Shown here piece after piece: positions 20,029 through 29,666 of a stretch of DNA of 64,000 nucleotides (position 1 is its first letter; each line of letters begins with the position of its first letter). Position numbers and translations under genes: made by a program. This DNA is from an uncultured delta proteobacterium (GTDB taxonomy: Bacteria > Myxococcota > Myxococcia > Myxococcales > Myxococcaceae): positions 1,760,001 to 1,824,000 of the forward strand of contig CAWCKH010000004.1 in the NCBI GenBank assembly GCA_963796055.1, given 5' to 3'. A model generated the notes under the pieces. The model was not told where the DNA came from, did not search any database, and was given only the letters and a program-made list of their open reading frames with translations.

Positions 20029-20242
20029 GCGCCGTGCCCACCGCCTTCACCACCTCCTGCTCAGAGGGGAAGCCGGTCAGGCCCTTCTTCGCCACCACCT
20101 TCCCGTCGACGGCGACCTCGAAGATGCCGCCGCTCCCGGCAACCAGCTCCGCCTCGACACCCAGCGCCTTCTTCAGCTCGGCCGCCGCACGGGTGGCCCG
20201 GGGGAGGTACCCTCAGACGTTGCAGTAGGTGATGGTGATCAT
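20018..20242 (-). CDS. SelW/SelT/Rdx family selenoprotein (CxxU), absent from the ORF track
   Basis: MITITYCNV*GYLPRATRAAAELKKALGVEAELVAGSGGIFEVAVDGKVVAKKGLTGFPSEQEVVKAV; TGA at codon 10; GxFEV and FP motifs of Rdx. Confidence 0.9.
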
Positions 20243-20284
20243 CCGGCACGGATGGATAATCCCTCCCCCGCCAGAGCGCAGCGG

Positions 20285-20746
20285 CTACTTGTGGTACGGC
20301 TCGCCACGCAGCAGGGAGAAGGCCCGGTAGAGCTGTTCCATGAGCACCAGGCGGGCGAGCCGGTGGGGGAGAGTCATCCGCGACAGCGCGACCACCTTCC
20401 ACGCCCGATCGCGCACGGCGGGGTCCAGTCCCTCGTCCCCGCCGATGCAGAACACCAGCTCGCGGCCGGCGTCGCGTGCGGTGGCAACCACCCGCGAGAG
20501 CTCCACCGAGCCGAGCAGGGTGCCACGCTCGTCGAGCGCCACCAGCCATGCGTCCGGCTTGATCCTGGCGAGCAGCGCCTCACCCTCGCGCCGGCGCGCG
20601 TCCGCCGGTGGGAGCGCGCCCTTCGCCGCGGGTAGCTCCAGAAGCTCGAGCTCGGCGTGGCGCCGGACCCGCTCCGCATACTCCTGGACCCCGGGCTCGA
20701 ACCAACCCGATCGATCGCGCCCCACCGAGAGGACGCGGAGCTTCAG
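20285..20746 (-). CDS. rlmH: 23S rRNA (pseudouridine1915-N3)-methyltransferase; probable CTG start
   Basis: [38 protein letters not shown]...GEPYHK. Confidence 0.93.
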   Translation of the reverse strand: MKLRVLSVGRDRSGWFEPGVQEYAERVRRHAELELLELPAAKGALPPADARRREGEALLARIKPDAWLVALDERGTLLGSVELSRVVATARDAGRELVFCIGGDEGLDPAVRDRAWKVVALSRMTLPHRLARLVLMEQLYRAFSLLRGEPYHK

Positions 20747-21207
20747 GCCACCTTCTCCTTGGGCGCGTCCGCCCAGAGGCCATCGAGGTCGTAGAACGCG
20801 CGGACCTCGGTGAAGAAGACGTGGACCACCACCTCGCCGAAGTCGAGCAGCACCCAGTGGCCGGTATCGAACCCCTCGGTGCCGATGGTGCGGTGGCCGG
20901 CGGTCTTGAGCGTCTCGCGGACGTGCTCGGCGGTGGCGATGACCCCCCGCTCGGAGTCCCCCGAGGCGATCACGAAGTAGTCCGCATAGCTGCTCATCCC
21001 CCGCACGTCGAGCAGCACCACGTCGGTGGCCTTGCGATCCACCAGGAGAGTGGCCGCGCGTCGGGCCAGGGCGAGCGCCTCGGCATTCTCGGGTCGGGGC
21101 TGGGTGGCCGGTGCGGCCGCGGGGCGGCGCGCAGGCCGTTTCCGCGGGCCGGCGCGGGGGGCGGCCGGGTGGCGGGGGCGCTTGGGCTTGCTCTTGGCGG
21201 GACTCAA
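20743..21207 (-). CDS. rsfS: ribosome silencing factor with basic N-terminal extension
   Basis: [10 protein letters not shown]...[36 protein letters not shown] start uncertain. Confidence 0.92.
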   Translation of the reverse strand: MSPAKSKPKRPRHPAAPRAGPRKRPARRPAAAPATQPRPENAEALALARRAATLLVDRKATDVVLLDVRGMSSYADYFVIASGDSERGVIATAEHVRETLKTAGHRTIGTEGFDTGHWVLLDFGEVVVHVFFTEVRAFYDLDGLWADAPKEKVA

Positions 21208-21266
21208 CGGCGGCGCACCATAAGACAGAGCGCTTGCGGCCGGCGAGTGGTACGAGGGCGATCTCG

Positions 21267-21578
21267 ATGGGCAGCGAACGCGAGGCGCAGTTCCGGCAGC
21301 TGGCGGCGGACCATCCCAGCTCGCCGATGGTGCACTTCTCGCTCGGCAAGCTCCTGCTCGACGAGCGCCGGTACTCCGAGGCGGTGGAGAGCCTGAGGAG
21401 GGCGGTGTCGCTGCAGCCCGACTACGCCGCGGCCCTGGTCGCGCTGGGGGATGCGCTGGTGGGGGCCGGCCAGCAAGACGAGGCCCGGCGGGTGCTCGAG
21501 GAGGCCCGGGAAACGGCGCTGGGGCAGAACCATCCCTCGCTCGCCGAGGAGATCGACGAGCGCCTCGCCGATCTCTGA
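21267..21578 (+). CDS. tetratricopeptide repeat protein
   Basis: HFSLGKLL...[30 protein letters not shown] consensus. Confidence 0.85.
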   Translation: MGSEREAQFRQLAADHPSSPMVHFSLGKLLLDERRYSEAVESLRRAVSLQPDYAAALVALGDALVGAGQQDEARRVLEEARETALGQNHPSLAEEIDERLADL

Positions 21579-21847
21579 GCCGGACCGACTTCGCCCAGCG
21601 CCGGGCACGGCGGCGGCAGCGTCGCCCCGGAGCGCAGCGGGGCGTCACCAGGTCCCGGGTCGGGTGGCTCGCCCTGCTCCCCTGCGGACCGGTAGATCCG
21701 TTCCAGGAGCGGCTCGGGCGATGCGGGGTAGAGGAAGCCGTGGATCTGCCGCGCTCGGAGGATCTGGACGGGCAGCTCGGCGAGGAGTGGCTCACCGGGG
21801 TCGACGTCGGCACCCGCAGGCAACCAGGAGAACCGCGCAGACCCTGC

Positions 21848-22924
21848 TCATCGGCTGGCGACCGGCACCGCCGTGCGCACCAGCTCCCGGACACGCTGCT
21901 CCACCGGCCACACCTCGGACACCTTCCCGCGGACCACCAGGACGCCCACCAGCCGGCGCTCGGTGTCCACCCACCCGGTGAAGCCGAAGACGCCCTGGGC
22001 CACCACCTCGAGCGGCCGCCCGTCGCTCGCCATCCGGTCCCGGTAGACGCCGAGTCCGGCCCGTAGCGACTCGCGCCCCGGCGCCAGACCGAAGGCTGAC
22101 TGCACCAGGGGCACACCACCGCTCTGGTCGGCGAGCACCGCGGCGCGGAGCTCGGGTCCCACGAGGTCCGGGCTGGGCCCGGGGAGCAGCTGCCGCAGCG
22201 CCCGGGCGTACTCGGCGGCATTCGCCTGCGCACCACCGGCGATGCGCGGGTTGTCGGTGCGGCCGAAGCCGGTGCTCCTGAAGCCGAGCGGGTCCATGAG
22301 CCGGGTCTGGATCAGGAGCGCCCAGGGCTTGCCCGAGGCGAGCTCCGCCATCCGCCCGGCCACCTGGAACCCGGCCCCCCCGTCGACGAAGGCCGCACCC
22401 GGAGCTGCCCGGAGCGGCGTCCGGGCGATCTCCTGCGTGCAGGCGGCGAGCGTCGCGGAGCGCGTCTCGAGGCAGGGAGAACGCGCCGGCAGACCGGAGG
22501 TCTGCGCCAGGAGCATGCGCAGGGTGATCGCCGCCTTGTCCTTCGGCCAGTCCGGCAGGACCGAGCTGGCCGGCGAGTCGAGCCGGAGCGTCCCGTCCTT
22601 CACCAGAGAGAGGATGACCAGGGTGCTCAGCAGCTTGGTCGCCGAGGCGATGGGGACCGCGTCGGCGACGCCGTATCCCCCGTAGGCCTTCTCGAAGATG
22701 ACTGCGTCGTCCTGCTCCACGTGCAGGACCCCACCGCCCCAGGCGGGCAGGGAACGGGCCAGCAGCGCGTCCACCTCGCCGAAGTCGGCGGGAGTCCCAG
22801 GGCCCGACCTCGACGCGGGCTGGCCAGCAGCGGGTCCGGGGTGCGCCTCCGAATCGGGCGCGCGCTCCGGGGCCGTTGCGCACCCGAGCGCCAGGCAGAC
22901 GAGGACTGTGCCGGGTCCCCTCAC
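21848..22924 (-). CDS. serine hydrolase / beta-lactamase family lipoprotein
   Basis: LALG-C lipobox, IASATK (SxxK), ITLRMLLAQTSGL; the expected catalytic Tyr appears as Asp. Confidence 0.82.
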   Translation of the reverse strand: MRGPGTVLVCLALGCATAPERAPDSEAHPGPAAGQPASRSGPGTPADFGEVDALLARSLPAWGGGVLHVEQDDAVIFEKAYGGYGVADAVPIASATKLLSTLVILSLVKDGTLRLDSPASSVLPDWPKDKAAITLRMLLAQTSGLPARSPCLETRSATLAACTQEIARTPLRAAPGAAFVDGGAGFQVAGRMAELASGKPWALLIQTRLMDPLGFRSTGFGRTDNPRIAGGAQANAAEYARALRQLLPGPSPDLVGPELRAAVLADQSGGVPLVQSAFGLAPGRESLRAGLGVYRDRMASDGRPLEVVAQGVFGFTGWVDTERRLVGVLVVRGKVSEVWPVEQRVRELVRTAVPVASR

Positions 22925-22936
22925 CGGCCATGGAGC

Positions 22937-23737
22937 CTAGCGCACCCCGCGATCGGCGAACGTCCGAAGCTGTTCTCGGTCGGTGAATGACAGTCCACGA
23001 GCGAAGCGGGCGGCGAGCGCCCCGGCGACCGCGGCCACCGCCACCAGCTGGTACATGATGACCAGCTGGTAGCGGACCGCCTCGTTGGGCGCGGTCCCGC
23101 TGACGATCTGCCCGGTCATCATCCCCGGGAGGGCCACCAGCCCCACCGTGAGCAGGCCGTTGATGGTGGGCCGGAGGGCCGCGTTCATCGCCGCACGGAC
23201 GTGGCGGTCCACGGCCTGCTTCGGCGAGGCACCGAGCGACAGCAGCTGCTCCACCGCCGGGGCGTCGTCGTGGATGGAGGCGAACACCCGCTCGAAGACC
23301 AGCGCCACGCCGTTCATCGCGTTGCTGAGGATCATCCCGGAGATGGGAATCAGCAGCCGGGCCTCGTACCAGCGCGGAGGACGGATGACGAAGGTGAAGA
23401 CCGGAACCAGCACCACGACTCCGGAGACGAGCACCGCCAAGGTGGCGTAACGGAACAGCACTCCGGGCCCGGGTCCATGGGCGATGCGCCGGGCGGCGGT
23501 CCACCCGGCGACCAGGACCATCACCCCGATGAGGCCGAAGACGCTGGCCGGGCGCTCGTTCTGAAAGACGATGGTCAGGAGCAGCCCGACAGCGAACAGC
23601 TGGACCGCGGACCGGACGGTCCCGACGAGCAGGTCCTTCTCCAGCCCCAGGTGGTTCCGGGACGAGATGGCGATCGCCAGCGCCATCAGGCCCAGCGAGA
23701 GCACCAGCTGCGGGAAGGAGACGCTCACGTAGCTCAT
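22937..23737 (-). CDS. fetB: ABC transporter permease, FetB/YbbM (UPF0014) family
   Basis: RSAVQL, LIPISGMILSNAMN, VGLVALPGMMTGQIVSG..P.EAVRYQ. Confidence 0.88.
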   Translation of the reverse strand: MSYVSVSFPQLVLSLGLMALAIAISSRNHLGLEKDLLVGTVRSAVQLFAVGLLLTIVFQNERPASVFGLIGVMVLVAGWTAARRIAHGPGPGVLFRYATLAVLVSGVVVLVPVFTFVIRPPRWYEARLLIPISGMILSNAMNGVALVFERVFASIHDDAPAVEQLLSLGASPKQAVDRHVRAAMNAALRPTINGLLTVGLVALPGMMTGQIVSGTAPNEAVRYQLVIMYQLVAVAAVAGALAARFARGLSFTDREQLRTFADRGVR

Positions 23738-23793
23738 GCCGTCACCACCGCGGAGAGGGGCCGGCGCCGGTGGAGGGCTTGCCAGGACCTCAT
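23734..23793 (-). CDS. 19-aa small ORF coupled between fetA and fetB
   Basis: MRSWQALHRRRPLSAVVTA; ATGA overlaps at both ends, GGAGGAGGT SD upstream. Confidence 0.4.
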   Translation of the reverse strand: MRSWQALHRRRPLSAVVTA

Positions 23794-24446
23794 GCCGCGA
23801 CCTCCTCCGTCAGGCGACCGGTGACGAGCTGGAGGTGGCGCCCGCCGAGCCGCTCCAGTGCCCGGGCGTCGTGGGTGACGATGAGCACGGGTGCCCCTGC
23901 CGATGCGAGGTCCCGGAGCAGGGCGACGATCAGATCCACCCGCTCCGTGTCGAGCGCCGCCGTGGGCTCGTCGAGGAGCCACACCTCGGGGCGGAGCGCC
24001 ATCGCCCGGGCGACGGCGACCCGGAGTTTCTCACCACCGGACAGCTCCCGGGCGTTCTGGCCCAGGAATTCTGAGTCGAGACCGGCCCGGACGATGAGCG
24101 CCCGTGCGGCCGCCTCGGGCAGCTCCTGCCCTGCCAGCCGGGGCCCGGTGCGCACGTTGTCCAGCACCGTCCCCTCGAACATGGCGGGGGATTGCGCCAC
24201 CAGCGCCACCCGGCGGCGGACGTCGCGCGGGGAGAGCGTGCGCACGTCCGTGCCGTCGAGCAGCAGCTGTCCCGCGTCCGGGGCGGAGAGGAGCCCGAGG
24301 ATCCGGAGCAGGGTGGTCTTCCCGCCGCCCGAGGGTCCGCTCAGGGTGGTGATGCTGCCGGCCTCGAGGCGGAGTTCGATCCCATCGAGCAGCACCCGCC
24401 CCTCGTAGCTCTTTCGGAGATGGCGGGCTTCCAGGGGGCCGGGCAT
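23790..24446 (-). CDS. ABC transporter ATP-binding protein (FetA/YbbL-like)
   Basis: GPSGGGKT Walker A, LSGGE signature, LLDEPT Walker B, H-loop IVTHD. Confidence 0.92.
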   Translation of the reverse strand: MPGPLEARHLRKSYEGRVLLDGIELRLEAGSITTLSGPSGGGKTTLLRILGLLSAPDAGQLLLDGTDVRTLSPRDVRRRVALVAQSPAMFEGTVLDNVRTGPRLAGQELPEAAARALIVRAGLDSEFLGQNARELSGGEKLRVAVARAMALRPEVWLLDEPTAALDTERVDLIVALLRDLASAGAPVLIVTHDARALERLGGRHLQLVTGRLTEEVAA

Positions 24447-24532
24447 GGGGCGAACCGGGGAGGTAGGACACCCGGTGAGAGAACGCCAGGGCTCGTGGGT
24501 GGGAGGCGAAGCGTGGGAGCATCCCGGGGCCC

Positions 24533-25081
24533 ATGGAACGCCTGGACGCGCTGCTCGCCGCCGTCGTGCCCGCCGACGACAAGGAGCGGGCGGACCTCGC
24601 CCTGATGCGAGCCCAGCGCGCGCTCCTCCCCGAACCGCTCTCGCGCAGCCAGCCGGGCGCGCACTTCACCGGCAGCGCGGTGGTGACCGACGGGACCCGG
24701 GTGGCGCTCGTCCACCACCGCAAGCTCGGGCGATGGCTGCAGCCAGGGGGCCACGTCGAGGCGGCGGACGGAGAGGACCTCCTTGCCACCGCACTGCGAG
24801 AGGCGGAAGAGGAGACCGGGTGTCCGGTGCTTCCGCATCCGATCGCACCACGCCCCCTCGACGTCGACGTTCACCCGATTCCCAGCCGGGGAACGGAGCC
24901 GGCGCACCTGCACCTGGACGTTCGTTTCCTGGTGCTGACCGACCGGCCCGAGGCGCTGCGGGTAGAGACGGAGGAGAGCAGCCGGATCCGCTGGTTCGAG
25001 CTCGACGAGGCGATTCATCGGGCGGCCACGCCGGAGATGAAGCGACTGCTGTCGAAGGCCCGGGTAGTCCTCGGAGTCTGA
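24533..25081 (+). CDS. NUDIX hydrolase
   Basis: HFTGSA, WLQPGGHVE...ALREAEEETG Nudix box, HLHLDVRF. Confidence 0.9.
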   Translation: MERLDALLAAVVPADDKERADLALMRAQRALLPEPLSRSQPGAHFTGSAVVTDGTRVALVHHRKLGRWLQPGGHVEAADGEDLLATALREAEEETGCPVLPHPIAPRPLDVDVHPIPSRGTEPAHLHLDVRFLVLTDRPEALRVETEESSRIRWFELDEAIHRAATPEMKRLLSKARVVLGV

Positions 25082-25088
25082 CCGGCGC

Positions 25089-25880
25089 TCAGGCGCGGGG
25101 AGTGAACGCGAAGGTGCGCATCGACAGCGTTGCGTGCCGGAATCCGACGTAGACGTCCTGGTACGCGTCCTGGTCCGTCGAGGCCCCGAGAGCCACGAAC
25201 GCCGGCGCCAGGTGCTCTGGGGTGGGGGCGGCCATGCGCATCCCGGGGTCCTCTGTCGCGAGGCGGGCCGCGCCGGCGATGTCCCGCGCGCGTACCCGCT
25301 CCACGAAGCGTGCCTCGGCCTCCGCGGCCCAGGGCGCCACCGGGGCGTACGGGTCGTTCCACGCCAGCTGCCGGAAGTTGTGCACCAGCCCGCCGCTGGC
25401 GATGACCCAGACCCCATCGGAACGGAGGGGGCGAAGATTCGCGCCGAGCTGGGCGAGCCCCTTCCAGCCCTCCTCGGCGGGCAGCGAGAGCTCCACCACC
25501 GGGACGTCCGCCTCGGGAAACAGGAACCGCAGGGGGATCCACACCCCGTGGTCGAGCCCTCGGGTGGGATCGAGGACCGCCTCGCGGCCGCTGTCACGGA
25601 CGACGCGCGCGACCCGCGCAGCGAGCTCGGGGCTGCCGGGAGCGGGGTAGCGGAGCCGGTAGAGCGCCGGGTCGAAGCCGCCGAAGTCGTGCACCGTCTC
25701 GGGGTGCTCGGCGGACGTCACCGCCGCCCGAGCGTCCGTCTGGAAGTGCGCGGAGACCACCAGCACCGCGCGTGGCCTCGGCGCCTGTCCAGCCCAGGCG
25801 TGGAGGGCCGGGCCGAAGTCGCCCGGGTCGAGGGCGATCGCCGGGGAGCCGTGGGAGATGAACAGCGCCGGTGCCTCCAT
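25089..25880 (-). CDS. DODA-type extradiol dioxygenase (YgiD/LigB family)
   Basis: LFISHGSP, VSAH, HDFGGF, RGLDHGVW, SGGLVHN and PTPEHLAP motifs. Confidence 0.9.
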   Translation of the reverse strand: MEAPALFISHGSPAIALDPGDFGPALHAWAGQAPRPRAVLVVSAHFQTDARAAVTSAEHPETVHDFGGFDPALYRLRYPAPGSPELAARVARVVRDSGREAVLDPTRGLDHGVWIPLRFLFPEADVPVVELSLPAEEGWKGLAQLGANLRPLRSDGVWVIASGGLVHNFRQLAWNDPYAPVAPWAAEAEARFVERVRARDIAGAARLATEDPGMRMAAPTPEHLAPAFVALGASTDQDAYQDVYVGFRHATLSMRTFAFTPRA

Positions 25881-25944
25881 GACCCGGCACACATAACGCC
25901 GGTTGCCCTTGCGGTGCGTTGCCGGGTGACGAACGCTCTGGTGC

Positions 25945-26694
25945 ATGGGCGAGAGCCGGACGCTGCTCCGACCGATGGCGGTGCTGCTGGTCGTGTGTGT
26001 CGCGGGGTTCCTCTTTGTGAAGCTCGCCGACGAGGTCCGGGAGGGGGAAACGCAGCGGATGGACGAGTGGGTGCTCCGTTCGCTCCGGACGCCGGGCGAC
26101 CCGGCGGTGCCGATCGGCCCGCGCTGGCTGCCGGAGGCGGCCCGGAACCTCACCGCGCTGGGGAGCGTTTCGGTGTTGCTCCTGGTGGTGCTGGCGGTCG
26201 CCGGGTTCCTCGCCCTGGCCCGTCTGTGGCTGAACCTGGCGCTGGTGCTCGGGTCGTCCCTCGGTGGGCTTCTGTGGATGGTGGTGCTGAAGCGGGCGTT
26301 CGACCGCCCTCGACCCACGGTGGTGCCGCCGCTCACCTTCGAGACGACGGCCAGCTTCCCGAGCGGCCACGCGATGATGTCCGCGGTGGTCTACCTGACG
26401 CTGGGGATGCTGCTCGCCCAGCTCTGTCCTCGATGGTGGGAGCGGGTCTATGTGATGAGCGTCGCCGGCATCGTGACGGTCATCGTCGGGCTGACGCGGC
26501 TCTACCTCGGCGTGCACTACCCGACGGACGTGCTGGGCGGCTGGTCGGTGGGCCTCGGCTGGGCGCTGGTGAGCGGCATGGGCGCCCGGGCGCTCCGGGT
26601 CCGCAGCCCGCAGCTCCGCGCCGAGGTCCCGGGGGCGGAGGGGGCGGAGAGCCAGGCGTCGCAGCAGGCTGGAGCGTCGGCGAGAAACCCGTGA
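25945..26694 (+). CDS. PAP2 family membrane phosphatase
   Basis: KxxxxRPRP, SFPSGH, TRLYLGVHYPTDVLGG. Confidence 0.92.
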   Translation: MGESRTLLRPMAVLLVVCVAGFLFVKLADEVREGETQRMDEWVLRSLRTPGDPAVPIGPRWLPEAARNLTALGSVSVLLLVVLAVAGFLALARLWLNLALVLGSSLGGLLWMVVLKRAFDRPRPTVVPPLTFETTASFPSGHAMMSAVVYLTLGMLLAQLCPRWWERVYVMSVAGIVTVIVGLTRLYLGVHYPTDVLGGWSVGLGWALVSGMGARALRVRSPQLRAEVPGAEGAESQASQQAGASARNP

Positions 26695-26764
26695 CCTCGA
26701 CCGGCATCGCTCCCGTTGACCCGTTGCCGGGATGGGCCACGGACCTCCTGGTACACTCCGCTCC

Positions 26765-27127
26765 GTGTCACGCCGCGACCGAGAGGACCGGGCCGAGGAC
26801 GCTTCCGAGCGCGAGGCGAACGACCCGCTCGTCCAGCTCGAGCGGAGGCTCCGCGATGGCAAGTCGGTCGACGTCCAGGACGTCCGCAGGGCCTGGCGCA
26901 CCACGCGCTATCCGCGGGCGATGATCCAGGTCCTGGCGCAGCGACGTCGATCCGACCTCGCCCTCCGCGCCGCCTCCCTGGTCGGCATCGACGTCGATTC
27001 CTCCACGCCCACCTGGCGGGAGGACCTCGAGACCCACCTCTTCGAGCGCTTCTTCGGGATGCCGTTCAGCGAGACCGACGCCCTGGCCGACGCCATCCGC
27101 CGCGCCATCCCCGACCCGTCGGTCTAG
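26765..27127 (+). CDS. hypothetical protein
   Basis: Protein-like ORF downstream of PAP2 converging on radA; start uncertain. Confidence 0.5.
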   Translation: MSRRDREDRAEDASEREANDPLVQLERRLRDGKSVDVQDVRRAWRTTRYPRAMIQVLAQRRRSDLALRAASLVGIDVDSSTPTWREDLETHLFERFFGMPFSETDALADAIRRAIPDPSV

Positions 27128-28488
27128 CCGCGGGGGAAGAGCACCTCGAGCGCCTCGCCCAGCGTCTCCACCGGGAGCAGCTTCACCCCCCGCGACTCGA
27201 CTCGACGCGCGCTCCCCTTCGGCAGCACGGCGCGGACGAAGCCCATCTTCCCCGCCTCGGCCAGCCTGGGCTCGATCTGGGCCACCGCCCGCACCTCGCC
27301 GGCGAGTCCCACCTCCCCCAGGACCAGCACGTCCTGGGGCACGGCCAGGTTCCGGAGCGACGAGACCAGCGCGGCGCACACCGCCAGGTCCGCCGCCGGC
27401 TCTGACAGGGTCATCCCCCCGGCGACGTTGACGAAGGTGTCGCAGCCGGTGAGCTGGACGTCCTCCTTCTTCTCCAGCACCGCGGCGAGGAGCGCCACCC
27501 GGTTGCCGTCCACCCCGATCGCCGTGCGCCGCGCGGTGCCGTACCCGGTGGAGGCGACCAGGGCCTGCACCTCGACCAGCAGGGGCCGGGTGCCGGAGAG
27601 CGTCGCGGTCACCGCCGAGCCCGGCTTGCCGGCGGGCCGCTCGGCGAGGAACAGCGCCGAGGGGTCCGCCACCTCCTCGAGCCCGGACCCCTTCATCTCG
27701 AACACCCCGATCTCGTTGGTCGACCCGAAGCGGTTCTTGTGCGCCCGGAGGATGCGGAAGGGGTGCCCGCGCTCGCCCTCGAAGTAGAGCACCGTGTCCA
27801 CCATGTGCTCGAGCACGCGAGGGCCGGCGATGCTCCCGTCCTTGGTGACGTGGCCCACGAGGAAGGTCGGTACTCCCGACCGCTTGGCGTGCGCCATCAG
27901 CCGCCCCGCCACCTCACGGACCTGGCTGAGCGTGCCGGGCGCGCTCCCCAGCTCGGCGAGGAACATGGTCTGGACGGAGTCCACCACCAGCGCCACCGGA
28001 CGGAGGGACTCGGCGGCAGCCAGCACCTTCTCCGCGTCCGTCTCGGCGAAGAGGTGCACCGCCCCGGAGCGGACCCCGAGCCGGTCGGCCCGCATCTTGG
28101 TCTGGCGCAGCGACTCCTCTCCCGAGACGTAGAGCACCGGACCGGCCGCGGCGAGCCGCTCGACCGCCGAGAGCAGGAGCGTCGACTTGCCGATGCCCGG
28201 ATCTCCGCCGAGCAGCACCAGCGAGCCGGGCACGACGCCGCCTCCCAGCACCCGGTCCAGCTCGCCGATGCCGGTGTGCCGGCGCTCCTCGGCCTCGCCC
28301 TCGACGTCCACCAGCTTCACCGGGCGGGCCGAGCCGCCCGAGGCGCCCCAGGCCGGCCGGCGATCCTCGACCGGTGAAGCCTCCTCGACCAGCGTGTTCC
28401 ATCCACTGCAGTCCGGGCAACGGCCGAGCCACTTGGCGGACTGGAACCCGCAGGACTGACAGGTGAAGTGCGTGCGCGGCTTGGCCAT
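27124..28488 (-). CDS. radA: DNA repair protein RadA/Sms
   Basis: CQSC/CPDC zinc finger, GDPGIGKST, KNRFG, Lon-like C-terminus. Confidence 0.97.
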   Translation of the reverse strand: MAKPRTHFTCQSCGFQSAKWLGRCPDCSGWNTLVEEASPVEDRRPAWGASGGSARPVKLVDVEGEAEERRHTGIGELDRVLGGGVVPGSLVLLGGDPGIGKSTLLLSAVERLAAAGPVLYVSGEESLRQTKMRADRLGVRSGAVHLFAETDAEKVLAAAESLRPVALVVDSVQTMFLAELGSAPGTLSQVREVAGRLMAHAKRSGVPTFLVGHVTKDGSIAGPRVLEHMVDTVLYFEGERGHPFRILRAHKNRFGSTNEIGVFEMKGSGLEEVADPSALFLAERPAGKPGSAVTATLSGTRPLLVEVQALVASTGYGTARRTAIGVDGNRVALLAAVLEKKEDVQLTGCDTFVNVAGGMTLSEPAADLAVCAALVSSLRNLAVPQDVLVLGEVGLAGEVRAVAQIEPRLAEAGKMGFVRAVLPKGSARRVESRGVKLLPVETLGEALEVLFPRG

Positions 28489-28682
28489 GAGCGTCCCCCA
28501 CAATGCCCGGCGCTGCTGACAGCGGGCCTTGCCGGACACGAGCAAGGGGCGGGCCGAGCACGAGTTGCGTGCTCTCGAGAGTGCTCGCGCGCCCTCCGGG
28601 CCTCCGAGCACCGTCCCCCCTCCGGCGCGGGAGCTTCCTCCCCCGGGAACCGGTTCCTACGTTGTCGCCAGGAGGGCGGCAC

Positions 28683-29624
28683 TTGGCGGGCGCGCTGGGA
28701 GAGGTAACCACGCTGCTCAAGGAGACGGTGATGCGCTGGACCGAGGACAAGGCCAGCACGCTCGCCGCCGCGCTCGCGTACTACTCCCTCTTCTCGCTCG
28801 CTCCGCTGGTGCTCATCGCGGTCGCGGTCGCGGGCCTGGTCTTCGGCCAGCAGGCGGCGGCAGGACAGCTGTACGCCCAGCTGGCGGGTCTGATCAGCGA
28901 CGCCGGCGCGAAGACGGTGCAGGACCTCGTCGCCAACCTGCACCAGGAGCGAGGGGGAGGAGTCGTCGCCACCATCGTTGGCCTGGCGACCCTGTTCTTC
29001 GGCGCGACCGGGGTGTTCGCCCAGCTCCAGGACTCGATGAACACCATCTGGAAGGCGAAGCCGCCGACGACCAGCGGCATCCTCGACTTCCTCCGGGTGC
29101 GCCTGGTGTCCTTCAGCATGGTGCTGGGGGTCGGCTTTCTGCTGCTGGTGTCGCTGGTCCTTTCGGCGATCCTCGCTGCGGTGGGGGACTACCTCGGAGG
29201 TTTCTTGCCAGGCGGCGCCGCGGTGACCCAGGCGCTCAACGCGACGGTGAGCCTGGTGGTGGTCACCCTGCTCTTCGCGATGATCTACAAGATTCTGCCC
29301 GACACCTATGTCGCCTGGCGGGACGTGTGGCTCGGAGCGCTGGTCACCTCGCTGCTCTTCACCGTCGGCAAGTCCGCGATCGGCTTCTACCTGGGGAAGG
29401 CGAGCGTCGCCTCGAGCTACGGGGCCGCGGGTTCGGTGGTCATCCTGCTGCTCTGGGTCTACTGCTCGGCGATGATCCTGTACTTCGGCGCCGAGTTCAC
29501 GCACGTGTACTCGATGCGCCACGGCAGCCGGAGGGAGGCGACCCACACCCCGGTCCCCGATCGACGCGACGGGCGGAACCTCGAACGACTCATCCCGCCC
29601 GGCGGCGCGGCCGCGAAGTCGTGA
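28683..29624 (+). CDS. YihY/BrkB family membrane protein
   Basis: LAAALAYYSLFSLAP, LFAMIYKILP, SSYGAAGSVVILLLWVY; TTG start after GGAGG. Confidence 0.9.
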   Translation: MAGALGEVTTLLKETVMRWTEDKASTLAAALAYYSLFSLAPLVLIAVAVAGLVFGQQAAAGQLYAQLAGLISDAGAKTVQDLVANLHQERGGGVVATIVGLATLFFGATGVFAQLQDSMNTIWKAKPPTTSGILDFLRVRLVSFSMVLGVGFLLLVSLVLSAILAAVGDYLGGFLPGGAAVTQALNATVSLVVVTLLFAMIYKILPDTYVAWRDVWLGALVTSLLFTVGKSAIGFYLGKASVASSYGAAGSVVILLLWVYCSAMILYFGAEFTHVYSMRHGSRREATHTPVPDRRDGRNLERLIPPGGAAAKS

Positions 29625-29666
29625 CCGCTTGACCCGCCCGGCGCAGGACTGCCAGACCGTCGGGCC

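Noticed and set aside
21580..21851. Possible frameshifted small gene coupled to the serine hydrolase stop
   Set aside because: ATGA overlap and a signal-like start, but it stops after 19 codons and no family is recognisable
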